Source: an uncultured Gemmatimonadales bacterium
Lineage (GTDB): Bacteria; Gemmatimonadota; Gemmatimonadetes; Longimicrobiales; RSA9
DNA length: 64,000 bases
Reading direction: 5' to 3'
Assembly: GCA_963783305.1 (NCBI GenBank)
Contig: CAWAMW010000002.1
Location: 864,001 to 928,000, forward strand
Shown here: one piece after another, positions 48,866 to 58,188 of the stretch
Position numbering within the stretch: position 1 is the first letter of the stretch
How the letters are laid out: every line of letters starts with the position of its first letter
Position numbers and translations under genes: made by a program
Notes under the pieces: generated by a model
The model's input: the letters and a program-made list of their open reading frames with translations, nothing else
Told to the model about the DNA's origin: nothing
Databases searched by the model: none

Positions 48866-50257
48866 CTATCCGCGCCCGGCGGCCGCCCTCTCGGCGGCGC
48901 GCATGACCGCGAGCACCCGCTCATCGGCGCCCGGCGCGGCCACGACCTGCACGGCGATCGGGGTGCCCTCCGGGTGCCGGGCGACGGGAACCACGCCGGC
49001 GGGCGCGCCCGCCAGGTTCCAGAGCGCCGCGAAGGGTGCGTAGCGCGAGTTCGATCGGACGTTCCCGAGCCAGGTGGCGCGGGCCCAGCGGCGGGCCCGG
49101 ATGGGCGGCCGGGCCAGGGCGGGGGTGATGAGCGCGTCGCAGCCGCCGAAGAAGGAGTCGACGCCGCGGCGCCAGCGGTCGCGGAGCCCGTCCCGCGGCC
49201 CACCGAGGCGGTGCACCAGGCGGCCGAGGCGGATGTGTGCGCGGCTCCTGCGCTGGAGGCGGCCCCAGTCGAGGTCGTCGCCGAGCGCGTCCACGACCTC
49301 CGCCACACCGCCGAGCCAGCGGGCGAAGACGGGAAGCCCGTACAGGAGAGAGTACGGGGGGTGGTCCTCCACCACGTGATGGCCGGCCCGTCGCAGCCCG
49401 TCGCCCAGATCGTGCACCGCGGCAGACCAGCGCGCGTCCACCGTGACCCCGGGCAGCGGAGATCGCGTGGAGAGCGCGATGAGGAGAGGCCGGTCGAGGG
49501 CGGCGCCGGCCAGGGCGCTCCGCCCCGACAGGACCGCCATCGCGAGCGCGACATCGGAGACGGTAGAGGCGAGCGGCCCGATGGTGGCCATTCCGTGCCA
49601 GTCGCCGCCGCGGAGCGAGCCCGGCACAACCCCGGTCCCGGGCCTGAACCCGGGAACGCCACACGCGGCGCCGGGGATCCGGATCGAGCCGAGGCCGTCG
49701 GTGCCGACGGCCAGCGGCACCATCCCGGCGGCCACCGCGGCGGCGCTCCCACCGGACGATCCCCCGGCCGTACGCTCCGGGTCGTGCGGGTTCCGCGTCA
49801 CGCCCGCGGGGCCATCGGTGGTAGCCCAGATCCCGAGCTCCGGGAGCGTGGTCTTGCCGACCACGATGGCCCCGGCGGCGCGCAGCCGCCGCACCACTTC
49901 GGCGTCCGCGGTCGCCGGGACCGGACGCAGAGCCCCGGAGCCCAGGAGCGTGGGCAGCCCTTCCACGTCGATGATGTCCTTGATCGCCACCGGCACACCG
50001 GCCAGCGGAAGCCGGCGCGACGCCGGGTCGTCCCGCAGGGCGGCGGCCTCGGCGCGCGCCGCCTCCGCCCGCAGGCCGCTGAAGGCGCAGATCGAGCCGT
50101 CGCGCTCCGCGATCCGCTGGAGGCAGCCGTCCAGCACGTTCACGGGATCGAGAGAGCCGTCACGCACACCTCGCGCGATGGCGGACGCGGTGAGGGCCCC
50201 AGCGGGATCCGGCGAACGGGGACCGGTCGGTACGGGCGGGGCAGGGGGAGTGGTCAT
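48866..50257 (-). CDS. Amidase signature family enzyme
   Basis: VAIKD, GGSSGGSAAAVA, GTDGLGSIRIP. Confidence 0.92.
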   Translation of the reverse strand: MTTPPAPPVPTGPRSPDPAGALTASAIARGVRDGSLDPVNVLDGCLQRIAERDGSICAFSGLRAEAARAEAAALRDDPASRRLPLAGVPVAIKDIIDVEGLPTLLGSGALRPVPATADAEVVRRLRAAGAIVVGKTTLPELGIWATTDGPAGVTRNPHDPERTAGGSSGGSAAAVAAGMVPLAVGTDGLGSIRIPGAACGVPGFRPGTGVVPGSLRGGDWHGMATIGPLASTVSDVALAMAVLSGRSALAGAALDRPLLIALSTRSPLPGVTVDARWSAAVHDLGDGLRRAGHHVVEDHPPYSLLYGLPVFARWLGGVAEVVDALGDDLDWGRLQRRSRAHIRLGRLVHRLGGPRDGLRDRWRRGVDSFFGGCDALITPALARPPIRARRWARATWLGNVRSNSRYAPFAALWNLAGAPAGVVPVARHPEGTPIAVQVVAAPGADERVLAVMRAAERAAAGRG

Positions 50258-50363
50258 CAGTGCAGGGTAGCCATACGGGCTCGCTTCTCCTAACATTTCG
50301 GGTTCCGCCGAATACGATGCCGAACAAAGCATGCCGGGAATACATGTTGCCCGAAGGAGAGGC

Positions 50364-51533
50364 ATGAGCACGAGAGACGCTGTGAGGGGATATGCACCCA
50401 CGGGGAAGGACACCGGGGTCGTGAAGTCGAAGGGCACGGCCCGGATCCCCATCGAGGACGGGGCCCCCATCGACATGAAGGAGCGGAAGCCGAAATGGCT
50501 GAAGGTCCGCTCCCCCGGGGGCGAGAACTACCGCCGGCTCAAGAAGCTGATGCGGCAGCAGAGCCTCCACTCCGTATGCGAGGAGGCCGGGTGCCCGAAC
50601 ATCGGCGAATGCTGGCAGGCCGGGACCGCCACGTTCCTGATCCTCGGGGACGTCTGCACGCGGGCGTGCAAATACTGCGCGATCGCCCACGGCATGCCCA
50701 CCGAGCTGGACTGGGACGAGCCCCGGCGAGTGGCGGAGGCGTGCGCGGAGCTCGAGCTCAACCACGTGGTGGTCACCAGTGTCAATCGGGACGAGCTCGA
50801 CGACGGCGGCGCCGGCATCTTCGCCGAGACGATCCGGCTCACCCGCGAGGCACGACCCGGCTGCACGATCGAGGTGCTGACCCCCGACTTCAAGGGAGAC
50901 GAGGAGGCCATCGCCACCGTGTCCCGCGCCCGCCCGGACATCTACGCCCACAACCTGGAGACCGTGGAGCGGCTGCACCCGTCCGCCCGCCCCGGTGGCC
51001 GGTACTGGCGCAGCATCTCCTTCCTCGGGTACGCCAAGAAGATCGACCCGAACATGCTGACGAAGTCCGGCATCATGGTGGGGCTGGGCGAGACGCAGGA
51101 CGAGATCCGGCAGGCCATGGTCGACCTGCGGAAGGCCGCGGTGGACATCGTCACGATCGGGCAGTACCTCCGACCGTCGGAGCACCACGCCCCCGTCGCC
51201 CGCTGGGTGACGCCCGAGGAGTTCCGCGAGTGGAAGCGGATCGGCGAGGAGGAGCTGGGATTCTCGCACGTGGAGTCGGGCGCTCTGGTCCGCTCCAGCT
51301 ATCACGCCGAGACGCAGGCACGCACGGTCGGAGCCGGAGGGGTCGGTGAGATCACCGAGGTCCTCGACAAGGATGAGCGGGCGCCGGGGGAGCTGACGCC
51401 GGAAGAGATCGAGGCCCGACGCGAGAAGGTGGCGGTCCAGGGATCGCTGGAGCACGGCGTCGCCGGAACCCACTCCGGAGCGACCGGTGGCGCGAACAGT
51501 GCGGGCCTCGTTCAGATTCAGCCAAAGAGGTAG
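50364..51533 (+). CDS. lipA: Lipoyl synthase
   Basis: CEEAGCPNIGEC, CTRACKYC, RSSYHA; C-terminal extension. Confidence 0.96.
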   Translation: MSTRDAVRGYAPTGKDTGVVKSKGTARIPIEDGAPIDMKERKPKWLKVRSPGGENYRRLKKLMRQQSLHSVCEEAGCPNIGECWQAGTATFLILGDVCTRACKYCAIAHGMPTELDWDEPRRVAEACAELELNHVVVTSVNRDELDDGGAGIFAETIRLTREARPGCTIEVLTPDFKGDEEAIATVSRARPDIYAHNLETVERLHPSARPGGRYWRSISFLGYAKKIDPNMLTKSGIMVGLGETQDEIRQAMVDLRKAAVDIVTIGQYLRPSEHHAPVARWVTPEEFREWKRIGEEELGFSHVESGALVRSSYHAETQARTVGAGGVGEITEVLDKDERAPGELTPEEIEARREKVAVQGSLEHGVAGTHSGATGGANSAGLVQIQPKR

Positions 51534-51570
51534 CCGCGGACGAATACCCCCTGCACGATTGGGTGGATTG

Positions 51571-52677
51571 ATGGTGGAGAGCACGAAAAAGAAGGCGAAG
51601 GCGAAGAAGCCGGGCGCGGGTGGCGCCTCGAAGGCGGCCGTCGCGAAGCGGCTGGCCTCGTTCGAGAAGGAGGAGCTGCACCGGATGCTCCGCATGATGC
51701 TGCTGGGGCGCCGTTTCGAGGAATCGACCGCGGAGGCCTACGCACTGGGCAAGATCGGCGGGTTCTGCCACCTCTACATCGGCCAGGAAGCGGTGGCGAT
51801 CGGCGCGCTGAGCGCTCTCAGGGACGACGATTATGCCATCGCGGCCTACCGTGACCACGTCCAGGCGCTCTCGAAGGGCATGAGCCCGCGGGAGGTGATG
51901 GCGGAGCTGTACGGGCGCGTCGACGGGTGCTCCGGGGGGAAGGGCGGGTCCATGCACCTCTACAGCGCCGAGAAGAACTTCCTCGGCGGCTGGGGCATCG
52001 TGGGCGGCCAGATCCCTCTGGCCACCGGCGTGGGCTGGACCATCAAGTACCGGAAGCAGGACCGCGTCTGCATCTGCTTCTTCGGTGAGGCGGCCGTGAA
52101 CCAGGGCGCGTTCCACGAGGCCCTCAACATGGCGGCCCTCTGGCAGCTCCCGGTCATCTTCATCGTGGAGAACAACCGGTTCGGCATGGGCACGGCGTGG
52201 GAGCGCGTGGCCAGCCTTTACGACATCGCGCAGAAGGCGTGCGCCTACGCCATGCCCAGCCTGGCCATCGACGGGATGGACGTCCTCGAGGTCCGGGGAC
52301 ACGTCCAGGACGCCATCGACCGCGCACGGGAGAACGGGACGCCCACCCTGATCGAGGCGAAGACGTATCGCTTTGTCGGCCACTCCATGTCGGACCCCGT
52401 TCACGGCGTATACCGCACCAAGGACGACGTGGAGAAGGCCAAGGAAACGGACCCGATCAAGCGGTTCATCGATCAGCTCCGGGAGAACGATCTCCTGACC
52501 GACGACGAGCTCGCGGCCATGGACGCGGAGGTCCAGTCGGAGGTGGACGATGCGGAGGAGTTCGCCGACAACTCGCCGGAGCCGCCGGACGAGGCGCTCT
52601 ACGAGCACGTCTACGCCGACATGGACGTCCATGGCCGGCTCTTCTTCGACCGCATGAACCGGCTGGAGGAGGTCTGA
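51571..52677 (+). CDS. pdhA: Pyruvate dehydrogenase E1 alpha
   Basis: GFCHLYIGQEA, GGSMH, ENN, GHSMSDP. Confidence 0.95.
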   Translation: MVESTKKKAKAKKPGAGGASKAAVAKRLASFEKEELHRMLRMMLLGRRFEESTAEAYALGKIGGFCHLYIGQEAVAIGALSALRDDDYAIAAYRDHVQALSKGMSPREVMAELYGRVDGCSGGKGGSMHLYSAEKNFLGGWGIVGGQIPLATGVGWTIKYRKQDRVCICFFGEAAVNQGAFHEALNMAALWQLPVIFIVENNRFGMGTAWERVASLYDIAQKACAYAMPSLAIDGMDVLEVRGHVQDAIDRARENGTPTLIEAKTYRFVGHSMSDPVHGVYRTKDDVEKAKETDPIKRFIDQLRENDLLTDDELAAMDAEVQSEVDDAEEFADNSPEPPDEALYEHVYADMDVHGRLFFDRMNRLEEV

Positions 52678-53669
52678 TGGCGGAGATCACGTATCGGGAG
52701 GCGCTGAACCAGGCGCTGGCCGAAGAGATGGAGCGGGACCCTGACGTCTTCCTCATGGGCGAGGAGGTCGGGCTCTACAACGGCGCGTACAAGGTGTCGA
52801 AGGGCCTCCTCGACCGCTTCGGCCAGGACCGGGTGGTGGACACGCCCATCACGGAGCTGGGCTTCGCCGGGCTCGGTGTGGGGTCCGCCATGACGGGGCT
52901 CCGGCCGGTCATCGAGTTCATGACCTTCAACTTCGCCATGCTGGCGGAGGACCAGGTCCTCAACAGCGCCGCCAAGATGCTGTACATGACGGGTGGCCAG
53001 TTCAAGTGCCCCATCGTGTTCCGTGGCCCCACGGGAGCGGCGCTCCAGCTGAGCGCCCAGCACTCGCAGGCGCTGGAGCCCACCTACGCCAACTTCCCGG
53101 GTCTGAAGATCGTGATGCCGGGCACGCCGGCGGATGCGAAGGGGCTGCTGAAGGCGTCGATCCGGGATGACGACCCGGTGGCGTTCTTCGAGGGTGAGAT
53201 GCTGTACGCGCTCAAGGGCGAGGTCCCCGACGACGAGGACTTCGTGATCCCGCTGGGCGTAGCGGAGGTGAAGAAGGAGGGCGAGGACGTGACGATCGTC
53301 ACCCACGGGAAGATGATCCACGTCGCGCTCCAGGCCGCCAGCGAGCTGGCGAAGGATGGCGTGAACGCGGAGGTCCTGGACCTCCGGACGCTCCGGCCTC
53401 TGGACGTGGAGGCCATCGCCGCGTCGGTGAAGAAGACGAACCGCGTAGTCTACCTCGAGGAGGGGTGGGCGTTCGCCGGGATCGCGTCGAGCATCATCGA
53501 CATCATCCAGAACGAGCTGTTCGACTGGCTCGACGCACCGGTGGTCCGGGTGAGCCAGGCGGATGTGCCCATGCCGTACGCGAAGCGGCTGGAGAAGCTG
53601 GCGAAGCCGTCGAAGGAGCGGGTGGTGGCGGCGTGCAGGCGGGTGCTCTATCGCAAGGTCGGGGCGTGA
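52677..53669 (+). CDS. pdhB: Pyruvate dehydrogenase E1 beta
   Basis: MAEITYREAL, DTPITE, AQHSQ, DLRTLRPLD. Confidence 0.95.
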   Translation: MAEITYREALNQALAEEMERDPDVFLMGEEVGLYNGAYKVSKGLLDRFGQDRVVDTPITELGFAGLGVGSAMTGLRPVIEFMTFNFAMLAEDQVLNSAAKMLYMTGGQFKCPIVFRGPTGAALQLSAQHSQALEPTYANFPGLKIVMPGTPADAKGLLKASIRDDDPVAFFEGEMLYALKGEVPDDEDFVIPLGVAEVKKEGEDVTIVTHGKMIHVALQAASELAKDGVNAEVLDLRTLRPLDVEAIAASVKKTNRVVYLEEGWAFAGIASSIIDIIQNELFDWLDAPVVRVSQADVPMPYAKRLEKLAKPSKERVVAACRRVLYRKVGA

Positions 53670-54142
53670 GCCTCGCAGGTCGACCGCTCGCTCGCGCTCG
53701 CTCCCGAGGGTGGAGGCCGGGGTTCACCCTCGTCGAGCTGCTCGTCGTGGTCGCGCTGATCGGGATCCTTGGCGCCATCGCCGTGCCGTCCTACCACAAG
53801 ATGCTGAGCCGGGCCCGGGCGGCCCGGATCCTGGGCGACTTCGAAGCGGTCCGCACCGCCGCCTACCAGTACCAGGCGAAAAGCGGCAGGTGGCCACGGG
53901 ATGTATACCCCGGTGAGATTCCGGTGGAGCTGGAGCCGCACATCGGTGCGGTGGCGTTCGCCGGGAAGGGGTACCGGCTGGATTACGAGAACTGGTCGTA
54001 TCTGATCGGTATCTCGGTGCTCGTGGACGATCCACGGCTCGAGGCCGCCGTGGCGAAAGCCGCCCTCCAGAACAGCCTCCTCGGCTATCGATCGAACCAT
54101 CGCTATACCCTGCTCATCGAGTCGAAGGTTTCAGGTCGCTGA
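53666..54142 (+). CDS. Type IV pilin/pseudopilin-like protein
   Basis: Class III signal G|FTLVELLVVVALIGIL; GTGA overlap with the pdhB stop. Confidence 0.85.
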   Translation: MSLAGRPLARARSRGWRPGFTLVELLVVVALIGILGAIAVPSYHKMLSRARAARILGDFEAVRTAAYQYQAKSGRWPRDVYPGEIPVELEPHIGAVAFAGKGYRLDYENWSYLIGISVLVDDPRLEAAVAKAALQNSLLGYRSNHRYTLLIESKVSGR

Positions 54143-54187
54143 GCCCGACCGTCCGATGAGCTACTGAGCGGAGACTACGGAGCACTC

Positions 54188-55591
54188 ATGGCCACAAAAG
54201 TACACATGGAAGCCCTCTCCCCCACCATGGAAGAGGGGCAGATCGTCCGCTGGCTGAAAGGCGTGGGGGACGCGGTGGAAGAGGGGGACGTCCTCGCCGA
54301 GATCGAGACGGACAAGGCCACGATGGAGCTCGTGGCACGGGGCTCCGGTGTGCTGCGGGAGCAGTTCCTGAAGGAGGGCGACACGGCGGCGGTCGGCAGC
54401 GTGATCGGCGTGGTCGCGGCCGAGGATGAGGACATCTCCGAGCTGATCGAGGACGCGCCGGAGACCGCGGCGCCGGAGGCGGCGCCGGAGGAGGAGGCGC
54501 CGCAGGAGCGGTCGTCGAAGGAGGAGGGCGAGGCGGACGCCGCGGACGATGGCGACACGGCCGAGGCGAGCGCCTCGGAGGCCGCCGAGAGCCCCCGCGA
54601 CCAGACCCCCACCCCGGAGGACGCCGACCGCCCCGCGGGGGGCGCGGCGCAGCCGACGGCGGGAACGGAGGCCGGTCGTGTCGACGCCGGTCGGGTGAAG
54701 GCATCGCCCCTCGCCCGGAAGCTGGCGGAGGAGGCGGGGCTGAAGCTGTCCCGCGTCGACGGGTCGGGCCCCGGGGGTCGCATTACCAAGCGCGACATCG
54801 AAGCCGCCATCGAAGGGGGCGTGGCGGAGGAGCCCGCCGCGGCCGCCGGGCAGGGCGGCGCGGCCGCCGGTCCGCGTTTCGAGCAGCCCACGTACCAGGG
54901 CCCGGAGATCGAGGAGGTCCCCATCAGCCAGATGCGGAAGACCATCGCGAAGCGCCTGGTCACCAGCATCGGACCCGTGCCCACGTTCTATCTGACCGTG
55001 GACGTGGACATGACGCGGATGATGGAGGCCCGGGAGCGCATGAACGCCAGCCTCGAGAAGCAGGGGCTCAAGATCTCCGTCAACGACCTCATCCTGAAGG
55101 CCACGGCCACGGCGCTGAAGCGGCACCCCGAGGTCAACGCGCAGTGGCATGACGACCACATCAAGCGCTTCCACCGCGTCCACCTGGGCGTGGCCGTGGC
55201 GGTCGAGGACGGCCTCATCACCCCCATCGTTCGCGACGCCGACCTCAAGGGCGCCGCGCAGATCGGCGCCGAGGTCCGGGAGCTCGCCGGCCGGGCCCGG
55301 GAGAAGAAGCTCCAGCCCGACGAGTACACCGGCGCCACCTTCAGCGTGTCGAACCTGGGGATGTTCGGGATCGAGGAGTTCACCGCCATCATCAACCCGC
55401 CCGAGGCCGGGATCCTGGCCGTGGGCACGGTGGAAGAGCGGGTCATCGTGGAGGACGGCGAGGCCATGATCGCGCCGCGCATGAAGATGACCATGAGCTG
55501 CGACCACCGGGTCATCGATGGCGCCAGCGGGGCCCGGTTCCTCCAGACGCTGACAGGGTTCCTGGAGGAGCCGGGGATGACGCTGGTGTGA
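54188..55591 (+). CDS. pdhC: Dihydrolipoamide acetyltransferase E2
   Basis: Lipoyl ETDKA, PSBD ASPLARK...GSGPGGRI, DHRVIDG. Confidence 0.95.
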   Translation: MATKVHMEALSPTMEEGQIVRWLKGVGDAVEEGDVLAEIETDKATMELVARGSGVLREQFLKEGDTAAVGSVIGVVAAEDEDISELIEDAPETAAPEAAPEEEAPQERSSKEEGEADAADDGDTAEASASEAAESPRDQTPTPEDADRPAGGAAQPTAGTEAGRVDAGRVKASPLARKLAEEAGLKLSRVDGSGPGGRITKRDIEAAIEGGVAEEPAAAAGQGGAAAGPRFEQPTYQGPEIEEVPISQMRKTIAKRLVTSIGPVPTFYLTVDVDMTRMMEARERMNASLEKQGLKISVNDLILKATATALKRHPEVNAQWHDDHIKRFHRVHLGVAVAVEDGLITPIVRDADLKGAAQIGAEVRELAGRAREKKLQPDEYTGATFSVSNLGMFGIEEFTAIINPPEAGILAVGTVEERVIVEDGEAMIAPRMKMTMSCDHRVIDGASGARFLQTLTGFLEEPGMTLV

Positions 55592-55627
55592 TGCGGTCGG
55601 GGGTGAGCCGACCCGTCCCGGGGTCGG

Positions 55628-57052
55628 CTACCGGTCCTCCTCCTGCTCCGACCCCTCCCCGGAAGACAGCTCCTCCAGCCGCCTGGCCACGAGGACGGTG
55701 CGGTCGTCCCGTAGCTCGGTGGGGTACTGGGCCCTGAGGACCTGGGACAGGGCCCCCCCCAGCCGGACGACCTCTCGCTCGCCCCGCACCATCTCCCGCA
55801 GCAGCTCGCTGACGGCCTGATCGAGGGCGGCCCCCTGGCCGGTCTCCTCGTCTCCGGCTTCAGGCAGGGCCAGGAGGCCGAGCTGGCGGGTGACCTCCAC
55901 CAGCCGCTGCCGGATGCTCGCGGCGGACCGCTCCTTGTCCGCGACCGACGGCTCCAGCCCCTGGCGCCGGGCCTCCCGCTCCAGCAGCTGTTGACGGACC
56001 AGCGGACGGAGCAGGCCTTCCACCAGGCGTTCCGGGTCCGCGCTGGCGATCCGCGACCGCACCTGCGGCGGCTGATCCCGCAGGTGGGCGTCCACGTCAC
56101 GGAGCGTCAAAGCGCCACCCTCGAAGCGGACCAGCGTATCGCTCGCGGCGCCCTCGCCCTCCCCGGCCTCCCCGGCCTCCCCGCCCTCCCCGGCAGGCTC
56201 CCGCGCGAGCTGCCGGGCGACCGCCGCGGCGTTCGAGGAATAGTCGGGGCTCGCCCGCTCCTCGAGCGCCTCGATGTACGCGTTGAGCGCCTGCGCGCTC
56301 CGCTGCCGCTGCAGCCGCTGACGGAACTGCTCCCTCGTAGGCGTGCGCCGCTCCTCGAGCTGGATCAGGTGATAGCCGTCGCGGGTCTCCACGGGCTCAC
56401 TCACCTCACCCGGCTCGAGCGCGAACGCCGCCTCTTCGAAGGGCGGCACCATGTCACCGGTGCCGAAAAAACCCATGTCGCCACCACGCGCCGCCGTCCC
56501 CGGGTCCTGGCTGTGTTCGCGGGCCAGCGTCGCGAAGTCCTCCCCGTCTTCCACGATCCGGGCGCGCAGCTCCCGAATCGCTTCCAGTGCGCTGTCGTGC
56601 CGCGCCGCCGGCGCGCCCGGCGCGACATCGATCCGGATCTGCCGGGCTCGGATCTCGGAGCCCTCTGCCACCTGGTCGTAGCGGCGGCGCAGCTCCGCGT
56701 CCGGGATCGCGGCGTCGGCCCGGATGACGGAGTCCCGGAGCGCCGCCAGCATCACCTGCTCCGCCTGCCCTTCGACGACCGGACCGAGCTCCAGCTGGGC
56801 GAAGGTGCTGTCCTCCGCGGCCGCCGTGGCCAGGAGAATGTAGTCCGTCCAGAGGTTGGCCAGGCTCAGCGCGGCCTGCCGCGCTTCCGGCACGCTGTCG
56901 GCCGACATCATGAGCCCGGCCTCCTCTTCCACAGTGAACTCGTGACCGGCGGCGCTGGCCACGAACGTCGTTTCCGGGTCCGGGTCCCCGCAGCCGGCGA
57001 CGACGACGAGCAGCGCGAGCGAGGTCAAGCGGCGGCGTCGCATGATCGACAT
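55628..57052 (-). CDS. Parvulin-type PPIase lipoprotein, copy 1
   Basis: AAGGAG RBS; lipobox VAGC; LAREHSQD, GGDMG, MVPPFE, GYHLI. Confidence 0.88.
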   Translation of the reverse strand: MSIMRRRRLTSLALLVVVAGCGDPDPETTFVASAAGHEFTVEEEAGLMMSADSVPEARQAALSLANLWTDYILLATAAAEDSTFAQLELGPVVEGQAEQVMLAALRDSVIRADAAIPDAELRRRYDQVAEGSEIRARQIRIDVAPGAPAARHDSALEAIRELRARIVEDGEDFATLAREHSQDPGTAARGGDMGFFGTGDMVPPFEEAAFALEPGEVSEPVETRDGYHLIQLEERRTPTREQFRQRLQRQRSAQALNAYIEALEERASPDYSSNAAAVARQLAREPAGEGGEAGEAGEGEGAASDTLVRFEGGALTLRDVDAHLRDQPPQVRSRIASADPERLVEGLLRPLVRQQLLEREARRQGLEPSVADKERSAASIRQRLVEVTRQLGLLALPEAGDEETGQGAALDQAVSELLREMVRGEREVVRLGGALSQVLRAQYPTELRDDRTVLVARRLEELSSGEGSEQEEDR

Positions 57053-57394
57053 TGAAAGCTCCTTGCGCGTGTTGAGCGGGCGGTCAGCCAGCGTACACCC
57101 CTCCTGGCCGCATGCCGCGGCCGGTAAGATGAAGCGGGTGGAGGCTGCGGGCAAACGGACGGTTCTTCGCGGTTTCCGGGCGGAACCTGTTGCACGCGTC
57201 CAACAAGCGTCGGCGCGGGCTCCACACTTCGGTGTTCGGCGAAAATTCATTAATCTCGCTCTAAATCGGTCAGGACGCACCGGCTTATGGCGATCTGCAC
57301 GGCTGTGGCTCGGGCACGAACGGGCATTGCATACTACTCCCCCTTGTACACCCGGTTGCATCCGGATACCACCATGAAACAGAAGGGAACCACC

Positions 57395-58048
57395 ATGAGG
57401 CGGCTATTCCAGCCGGCAGTACTGGCCCTCACCGCGGTCGCGTTTGCGGCGAGCGGGGCAGAGGCCCAGCAGATCGACTTCCAGATCGACACCTACGGCT
57501 GCTTCCACTTCGAATGTACGCCGACCACCACCAACGACGCTTTCGTCTACAACGGCGATGTGGTCGTGGAGTGGTTCGGAGTTACGGGCTTCACGACCCA
57601 GTCGACCGGCGCCTCGCCGAACACGGCCGCGTTCAACCTGGGCACATTCAACCTCAACACGCTGTCCGAGGGCTCGGTCGGCACCCCACCCGCTCTGGAC
57701 TTCCGGCTCAAGACGGTTTTCACGGCGCCGAGCATTATCGGCACACCGGTGGACCAGCGCACCGCAACGTTTACCGGGTCGGTGAACACGACGACGGGGG
57801 CGATAACGTTCGCGCTGACGGATCCCACCCCCGCGGTCTTCTCGTTCACGCAGGGTCCGTGGGCGGGGACGTTCGAGTTCATGCCGGACGCCAGCTTGTT
57901 CGTGGATAATGAGAATCTGGAGACCCTCGGTGGCCTCGCGACGGTTTCCGCGGAACGGGTCCCGGTGCCTGAGCCGGCAAGCATGCTGCTGATGGCGACA
58001 GGAATGCTGGGTGTGTTCGGAGTGGGCTATCGGCGTCGCAACGCGTAG
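57395..58048 (+). CDS. PEP-CTERM sorting domain protein 1
   Basis: Signal peptide ...AASGAEA; C-terminal VPEPASMLL, TM, RRR; alternative start 57374. Confidence 0.9.
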   Translation: MRRLFQPAVLALTAVAFAASGAEAQQIDFQIDTYGCFHFECTPTTTNDAFVYNGDVVVEWFGVTGFTTQSTGASPNTAAFNLGTFNLNTLSEGSVGTPPALDFRLKTVFTAPSIIGTPVDQRTATFTGSVNTTTGAITFALTDPTPAVFSFTQGPWAGTFEFMPDASLFVDNENLETLGGLATVSAERVPVPEPASMLLMATGMLGVFGVGYRRRNA

Positions 58049-58105
58049 CTGACAGCCGTCGCGGTCGCCCATAGCAGCGGGTAGCGGCGACCCGGCAGGC
58101 CTGCA

Positions 58106-58143
58106 AAACCCCGCCCCGGGGGAAGCATCCCGGGGCGGGGTTT
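58106..58143. terminator. Intrinsic terminator between convergent genes
   Basis: AAACCCCGCCCCGGG/CCCGGGGCGGGGTTT. Confidence 0.8.
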
Positions 58144-58188
58144 CCTGAATGCGCACCATTGTGAGCGGGGCGTCGGATCCTCCCGCCG

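Noticed and set aside
52081..52101. PdhA TPP motif reads GEAA rather than GDGA
   Set aside because: Conservative variant with all other E1 alpha motifs intact; not evidence of inactivation
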